Below are positions 30,988-36,457 of a DNA stretch of 36,457 bases, one piece after another. The notes beneath the pieces were generated by a model. The model did no database searches, had not been told where the DNA came from, and worked only from the letters and a program-made list of their open reading frames with translations. The translations under genes and the position numbers were made by a program. The DNA comes from Gemmatimonadaceae bacterium (GTDB lineage Bacteria > Gemmatimonadota > Gemmatimonadetes > Gemmatimonadales > Gemmatimonadaceae). The stretch is taken from contig JBBDYA010000018.1 in assembly GCA_040902005.1 (NCBI GenBank), positions 7,959-44,415 on the forward strand, in the 5' to 3' direction. Within the stretch, counting starts at the first letter, position 1. Every line of letters starts with the position of its first letter.

Positions 30988-33048
30988 ATGTCAACGCCCA
31001 CCGAACGCGTACCGCCATCGCTCGCCACGGAACTGGCGCGCCAGTACGACATCGTCCGGATCCTCGGGCGTGGCGGAATGGGCGTGGTGTGGCTTGCGCG
31101 CGAGCGGTCGCTCGATCGGCTCGTGGCCATCAAGGTGCTGTCCGGCCCGGACATCGGTGTCGGCAACGTGCGGGAGCGGTTTCGCCGCGAGGCCCGGATT
31201 GCGGCCAGGCTGGTGCACCCGAACATCGTTCCGCTCCACGCGTTCGGCGAGACGCCCGACGCGCTGTATTTCGCGATGGGCTATGTCGAGGGAGAGTCGC
31301 TGGCGACGCGGCTGGAGCGGGAGGGCCGACTGTCGCGGCCCGCGGCGCAGCGCATCCTCGCGGAGATCGCGGACGCGCTGGCGTTCGCCCATCGCGAAGG
31401 CGTCGTGCACCGCGACGTGAAACCGGAAAACATCCTCCTCGACGGCAGGACCGGCCGCGCCATGCTCGCCGATTTCGGCATTGCCCGCATCGAGGACGCG
31501 GCCTCCACGTCGGTCACGATGACGGGCGTCGCGGTGGGAACGCCGAGCTACATGTCGCCGGAGCAGGCGGTGGGCGCGCGCGAGATCGACGGGCGCAGCG
31601 ATCTGTATTCGCTGGGCGTGGTGGGCTATCGGATGCTCCTGGGTCGGCTGCCGTTCGTGGCCGCGAGCGGGCAGGCGTTGATGGCGCAGCACGCGACGGT
31701 GAAACCGGACGACCTCACGCTTGCCGTTCCGCCAGCCGATCGCGGCATCGCGAGCGTCGTCATGCGCGCCCTGGAGAAGGATCCCGCCGCGCGGTGGGCG
31801 AACGCCGACGACTTTCGCGACGAGCTTCAGTCGCTGGCCCGCGACGGCTCGGCGCTCCCCGAGGAGCTGCAGCGGGTGCAGATGATCGGCACGAAGGTGC
31901 TGTACGCGGACGTCGCCATCGTGGGGATCTTTGGCCTTTCAGCGATCTGGGATCCCCTCTGGTTGCCCCGATTCGGCGACGGGTCGCTTGACCCGTGGCT
32001 CCTGTTTCTTGCAAACCTCGCTTTTCTCCCCGTCCTCAGTCTCGCCTGGGCCTTTCCCACCGCGCGAAAGTTCGGCTGGCGGGATACGCTGCGCGCGATG
32101 CTGCATCCGCCGGAGTCGTGGGCGCATTGGTGGCCGCGTTCGTGGCGTCGTGCTGACGACCTCTGGGATCGCTTGCCGAAGCCGCTGCGCCGGTTGCGCA
32201 ACGTCCTCGACGGTGTCGTGACGTTTCTCGTCCTGGACATCGCAGCGTTCCTGGTCGTGGCAACCACCGGCGGGGGCGCCTATGGCGATTGGCTCCTCTC
32301 GCAGCTGCGGACCGGAAACGGGCTCGCGTTCCTGGGCGTGGCCAAGGCGGCAATTCCCCTTGGATGGCTCGGGTTCGAGTTCTTTCGGGCGCGCAAGAAA
32401 CTCGGTGTAAGTGCCCGGGACCTCGCCGAGTTGCTGGCCCTTCCACATCTATTGACTCATCCCGCCTGGTCGAAGCCCAAGTTCGCCCGGCTGCTCGCGT
32501 CGGAGACGAGCGACGCGCCATCGCCGCGGCCGCCCCAAACTCTGGACGAACTGGCGCGGGCCATCAAGGAGCTCACGAGCCGTCTCGTACGAATGGGCTT
32601 CCTGCTCGACGACGAGAGCGTGGGCGCGGCGGAGTCAGTGCATGCCGCCATCGACGCCCTGGAGTCCGAGATTCAGCTGCTGCACGCGCGGTTCGATCCG
32701 GCGGAGCAGGACCGCCTGGCGGCGCGAGTCGCTGCGCTGGGGTCGAGCGACGACGACGCCGAGCTGCGTCCCTTGCTCGAGGGACAGCAGGCGGTGCTAC
32801 GCCGGCTCGAGCAGCGGCGGCACGACAAGGAAGCGCGGCGCGATCGCCTGCGCGATCAGTTGCGCACGCTCTGGATGCAGCTGATCGAGATGGATGCGCG
32901 CCTCGCGCGCGGCGCCGCGGCCGATCCCGAGCTCACCGGCCGCGTGCAAGCCCTGTCGCGCGACCTCGCACGCGGCGGCGACGCGCTCTCGGAGGTCGAG
33001 CGATTGATCGCGCCGGCCGAGCGTGAAACGGTATCCTCGCAGGGATAA
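30988..33048 (+). CDS. Ser/Thr protein kinase with about 4 TM helices and a C-terminal coiled-coil region
   Basis: LGRGGMGVV, VAIK, HRDVKPEN, DFG, GTPSYMSPEQ; four hydrophobic segments; Leu/Glu/Arg-rich helical tail. Start ATG 30988. Confidence 0.92.
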   Translation: MSTPTERVPPSLATELARQYDIVRILGRGGMGVVWLARERSLDRLVAIKVLSGPDIGVGNVRERFRREARIAARLVHPNIVPLHAFGETPDALYFAMGYVEGESLATRLEREGRLSRPAAQRILAEIADALAFAHREGVVHRDVKPENILLDGRTGRAMLADFGIARIEDAASTSVTMTGVAVGTPSYMSPEQAVGAREIDGRSDLYSLGVVGYRMLLGRLPFVAASGQALMAQHATVKPDDLTLAVPPADRGIASVVMRALEKDPAARWANADDFRDELQSLARDGSALPEELQRVQMIGTKVLYADVAIVGIFGLSAIWDPLWLPRFGDGSLDPWLLFLANLAFLPVLSLAWAFPTARKFGWRDTLRAMLHPPESWAHWWPRSWRRADDLWDRLPKPLRRLRNVLDGVVTFLVLDIAAFLVVATTGGGAYGDWLLSQLRTGNGLAFLGVAKAAIPLGWLGFEFFRARKKLGVSARDLAELLALPHLLTHPAWSKPKFARLLASETSDAPSPRPPQTLDELARAIKELTSRLVRMGFLLDDESVGAAESVHAAIDALESEIQLLHARFDPAEQDRLAARVAALGSSDDDAELRPLLEGQQAVLRRLEQRRHDKEARRDRLRDQLRTLWMQLIEMDARLARGAAADPELTGRVQALSRDLARGGDALSEVERLIAPAERETVSSQG

Positions 33049-33065
33049 CCGTCGCGTCTTGTTCG

Positions 33066-34034
33066 CTATCGCCGCTTCGGCTCTCCCAGCCCCGACTGCT
33101 TCCGGGCGTACTCCGCGGCCTCCGCGTGCGTTGCCCACCACACCGTGCCGCGCGGTTTGCTCCGGATGTGGTCGATCACCATCTCCAGCGCGACGATGCG
33201 CGACCGGTGCCCGATGACGTGCGGGTGCATCGTCAGGACGAACATCGTCCCCTCTTCGTACGCCCGGTCGAACTCGTCGATCCACACCCGCGCCACGTCC
33301 CGCGGATTCATGTAGCTCTGCCCCAGCGGATTGAAGAGCGGGGCGTCGTCCAGGATCCACTCTACCGGCAGCTCCACGAGTCCAGTGGGCTGGCCGTTCT
33401 GGAGGATCTCGTACGGGCTGTCGTCCGCCATGAGCGAGCTCTCATACCGGAATCCCAAGTCGCGCAGGATGTTCAGGGTATTCGGGCTGAAGTTCCAGCT
33501 CGGCGCCCGGTACCCGGTGGGGCGCGTCCCGGTGATGCGCGTCAGGTCGTCCATCGCGCGGCGCACGAGCGCCCGCTCCACGGAGTCGGGGAGGGTCATG
33601 TTCATCTCGTGAATCCAGCCGTGCACGGCGAACTCGTGCCGCCCCTTGCCGCTGATCTTGATGGCCTCCGCCATGGACGGTGTGATCTGCAGGCTCACGG
33701 AGGGAATGAAGAACGTCGCGGGGATGTCGTGCGTCTCCAGCAGCCGCAGTACGCGCGGCAGCCCGACGCGCGCGCCGTACTGCATCTGCGAGAGGTGCCC
33801 CACCGTGGGCTCGCCGTAGCGGAGCGAGATGGTCTCGTTGTCAGCGTCGAAGGAGAGCAGCACGGCGACGCGAGCGCCGCTCGGCCAGCTCGATGGTTGG
33901 AGCGACCGGCCGGCGCGCACCGCGTTGACCACCGCCAGCGCGCTGTCGAGGGTCCACTGCCAGCCGGGCTTCACCGGCGTCGTGGGCTGGGCGAGGAGCG
34001 TGGCCGGGAGGGAGAGCAGGAGAATGAGTCGCAT
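33066..34034 (-). CDS. Polysaccharide deacetylase (CE4, PuuE/PgdA-like) with signal peptide
   Basis: LSFDADNE, YGARVGLPRVL, HGWIHE, GYRAPSW, LTMHPHVIG; N-terminus MRLILLLSLPATLLA-Q. Confidence 0.9.
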   Translation of the reverse strand: MRLILLLSLPATLLAQPTTPVKPGWQWTLDSALAVVNAVRAGRSLQPSSWPSGARVAVLLSFDADNETISLRYGEPTVGHLSQMQYGARVGLPRVLRLLETHDIPATFFIPSVSLQITPSMAEAIKISGKGRHEFAVHGWIHEMNMTLPDSVERALVRRAMDDLTRITGTRPTGYRAPSWNFSPNTLNILRDLGFRYESSLMADDSPYEILQNGQPTGLVELPVEWILDDAPLFNPLGQSYMNPRDVARVWIDEFDRAYEEGTMFVLTMHPHVIGHRSRIVALEMVIDHIRSKPRGTVWWATHAEAAEYARKQSGLGEPKRR

Positions 34035-34088
34035 ACGGTATACTGACGTCAGGTTGGACCCTCGGCCAGAGGAGGACATTCGCGACCG

Positions 34089-36410
34089 CTAGTACCGGAA
34101 CAGCCGGTTGATCTTCACCACGAACGCGCGGTTCCTGAGCCCGCGCACCGGGGACGGTGTGGCGAACTGCGCGTTCGTGACGTCGCGTTCGTCCGTGTAC
34201 ACCAGGAACAGCTCGCTCCCCGGCGCGTACTCCCACCGGAAACGCAGGTTCGTGCTCACGGCGCGGTCGGCGGAGCTGTACTGGAGCAGCGCGCTCGCGA
34301 ACATCAGCGGCGAGAACGCATAGTCCGCCCGCGTGCGCGCGAGGCGCGTGGTGAACGAGCCGGCAGCCCGCTCGATCCGGCTGATGGAAAACGTGGGCTC
34401 CACCGCGAACCGCTGGTGGAGCGCGACGCGGGCCGGACTCATTCCGCTCGACCCGATGGTCACGCTCCGGATGGTGCCGTCGTAGTACTCGCCGCTCTGT
34501 ACGGCGATCGCTCCCGAGGCGCGCCGCTGCGCGCCGAAGGCGTACGACGCGGTGACGCTGGGAAAGGTGTATCCGCCAGGCGCGATGGCCGCCGGTGACC
34601 CCGACGGCGTGAACGCCACGGGCAGGCGCTCGTACTGGTGGGTGGCGGCGATGGACAGGACGTCGCTGTTCTCGAACTCCGTGCCGAACTGTCCGGTCCA
34701 CGCGCGCGCGTCCACCAGGCCGTCGCCGTTCTCGAAGTACTCGCCCGACGCGGTCCACGTGAACTTGCGCACCATCGGAATGCGCGTGGGCCGCGGGCTG
34801 AACCGCAGTTGTCCGAACGTGCGGTCGAAGTTGGACCGCCGCCGGAATCCCACCTGCGGGTCGAAGTTGCTGCCCACCGAGAGGAACTCGACCTGCGCGC
34901 CGTACCGGTCGGCGCCGTAGTCCACCCGCCCCTGGTAACTCTGGTCATCGCCGCTCACTCCGGTGGTGGCGGTGCGAGCCCAGTACGTGCCAACCAGCAG
35001 CGCCTGCGTGAGGAGGAAGGTGCCGTCCACGCCGTACGCGGCGTTCCCTCCCGTGCCGGACGAGGCCACGGACCGGTTCGTGGCCATCACGCCGATGGCG
35101 CTGCGACGCAAAACGTCGCGCTTGAGGCGGACCACCGTGAAGTTCGTGGCGTCCCTACCCGACGCGGCGTCACGCGCGGTCCCGATGTTCATCAGCCCGA
35201 GCGCCCAGGGTCCGAGCTTGCCCGTGAGACGGCCGCCTGCGTTGATGGGAATCACCTGGCCGGCATTGAGCCCGATGCGCCGCGTGTAGAAGAGAGAGGG
35301 GGTGTCGGACGTGTTCGTGTTCGACACGCCACTGCCGCCGCGGGCGAAATCGAAGATGCCGCGTCCCTCGAGAAAAAAGTCGCGCTTCTCGGGGAAGAAC
35401 AGGTTGAAGCGTGTGAGGTTCACCTGCTGCTCGTCGATCTCCACCTGGGCGAAATCGGTGTTGATGGTGAGATCCGCCGTCAGGTTCGGCGTGACGGCAT
35501 ACTTGACGTCGCCGCCGGCGTCGCCGTCGAATTCGTCGTGCACCGCCGGCGTGCGCACCTTGTCGGTGGTGATGCGGGAGACGCCGTACGGCTTGAGTTC
35601 GATGTTCCTGCCGGCTGGCGGGAGGTCCAGCCCCACCAGCGTCCCGCCTGCCGACACGCGGTTCAGCGCCTGCGGGCCCGCGAGGATGCGCGGCACCGGC
35701 GTGAGGTACGTCCACTCGTTCTTGTGCCGCACGGAGCGGCGGATCTGCACGCCCCACACCTGGTTCGGCCCGGCGCGGTACCGGAGGGACTTGAAGGGGA
35801 TGGCCATCTCCACGATGTATCCGCCGTCGAACCGTCCGGCCTTCGACGTCCACACGGGATTCCAGTCCGTGTTGGAGCCGCCTTCGTCGATCACGGAATA
35901 GTCGGCGCGCGCGCCGAGCGGATTCGTGTAGAAGGCGAATCCGCTGCGGCGATCGTAGAACGTGTCGAACATCACGCCGATGTGCTCGTTGTTGCGCAGG
36001 CCGCCGGTGTCGCGCCGCAGCTCGTTGACGACCCACTCCTCCGGCGGCGCCGAGTCCCAGCACCGGCACGTGAGATACATGTACGTGTCGTCGTACGTGA
36101 TCCAGATGTCGCTGCGCTCGGTGGCGGGTGCGCCGTAGTTGGGCGCCGCCTGGATCAATCCGCCGAACGGCGCCTCGCGCGCGTAGACCTCCTCGTCCAG
36201 CACGCCGTCGAGCGTGAGCGGCGCCGAGAGCTTGATGGCGCGCACCGTGGCCTGGCCCGCGGCGTTGCGCGTGATGACGGCGGGGGCAACGGGCGGCGGC
36301 GGGCCATCAATCACGGCGGACACCTGGGCGCGCGCAGTGTTGCCGCACAGTGTGTTGACCGCCAGGGAGAAACTCGCGCAGGCAAATAGGCGCGCCACGT
36401 TCCGGATCAT
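34089..36410 (-). CDS. DUF5916-type protein (CBM9-like N-terminus, probable OM barrel C-terminus)
   Basis: Signal peptide; TLDGVLDE; VEMAIPFKSLRY; DLTINTDFAQVEIDEQQVNLTRFNLFFPEKRDFFLEG; RWEYAPGSELFLVY; terminal aromatic residue. Confidence 0.88.
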   Translation of the reverse strand: MIRNVARLFACASFSLAVNTLCGNTARAQVSAVIDGPPPPVAPAVITRNAAGQATVRAIKLSAPLTLDGVLDEEVYAREAPFGGLIQAAPNYGAPATERSDIWITYDDTYMYLTCRCWDSAPPEEWVVNELRRDTGGLRNNEHIGVMFDTFYDRRSGFAFYTNPLGARADYSVIDEGGSNTDWNPVWTSKAGRFDGGYIVEMAIPFKSLRYRAGPNQVWGVQIRRSVRHKNEWTYLTPVPRILAGPQALNRVSAGGTLVGLDLPPAGRNIELKPYGVSRITTDKVRTPAVHDEFDGDAGGDVKYAVTPNLTADLTINTDFAQVEIDEQQVNLTRFNLFFPEKRDFFLEGRGIFDFARGGSGVSNTNTSDTPSLFYTRRIGLNAGQVIPINAGGRLTGKLGPWALGLMNIGTARDAASGRDATNFTVVRLKRDVLRRSAIGVMATNRSVASSGTGGNAAYGVDGTFLLTQALLVGTYWARTATTGVSGDDQSYQGRVDYGADRYGAQVEFLSVGSNFDPQVGFRRRSNFDRTFGQLRFSPRPTRIPMVRKFTWTASGEYFENGDGLVDARAWTGQFGTEFENSDVLSIAATHQYERLPVAFTPSGSPAAIAPGGYTFPSVTASYAFGAQRRASGAIAVQSGEYYDGTIRSVTIGSSGMSPARVALHQRFAVEPTFSISRIERAAGSFTTRLARTRADYAFSPLMFASALLQYSSADRAVSTNLRFRWEYAPGSELFLVYTDERDVTNAQFATPSPVRGLRNRAFVVKINRLFRY

Positions 36411-36438
36411 CGTTGGCGCAGTCTCCGAACGCCGGGGT

Positions 36439-36457
36439 GGGGGGGGGGGGGGGGGGG
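36439..36457 (-). repeat. Terminal poly-G run (at least 19) at the contig end
   Basis: Direct reading; 28 bp upstream of the 36410 start. True length unknown. Confidence 0.8.

Noticed and set aside
4176..36389. Other long overlapping ORFs (4176..5657, 8204..9691, 20442..21773, 22514..24118, 34638..36389)
   Set aside because: Arg/Ala/Gly-rich alternative or antisense frames of well-supported genes, expected at high GC.

Overview
GC-rich bacterial contig that begins in a poly-C run and ends in a poly-G run. The gene repertoire (several Hanks-type Ser/Thr kinases, PadR plus duplicated orphan ABC permeases, a DUF5916-type protein, multicopper oxidases) suggests Gemmatimonadota or an Acidobacteriota-like organism; this is inference. 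Left to right: three multicopper-oxidase genes with a c-type cytochrome and a kinase-TPR gene (1-7.8 kb); a penicillin-acylase-family hydrolase; a ~0.8 kb cassette bracketed by a 91-bp duplication of an XRE/HigA-like gene's 3' end; ppk2; a Phd-PIN toxin-antitoxin pair; a PadR / outer-membrane-barrel / MacB-FtsX permease locus (13.2-25.4 kb); a serine hydrolase; three more kinase genes, one internally collapsed; a deacetylase; and a DUF5916-type protein. Best leads, none obvious from the ORF track: (1) an intact 51-aa mini-PadR lacking exactly the DNA-binding core of its operon-mate; (2) a conserved 12-codon coupling ORF after both PadR copies, plus CTAG-N5-CTAG operator-like boxes; (3) a four-domain multicopper oxidase with its copper motifs in reversed order; (4) the direct-repeat cassette with a compensated hairpin. 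No rRNA, tRNA, CRISPR array, transposase or integrase was recognised.
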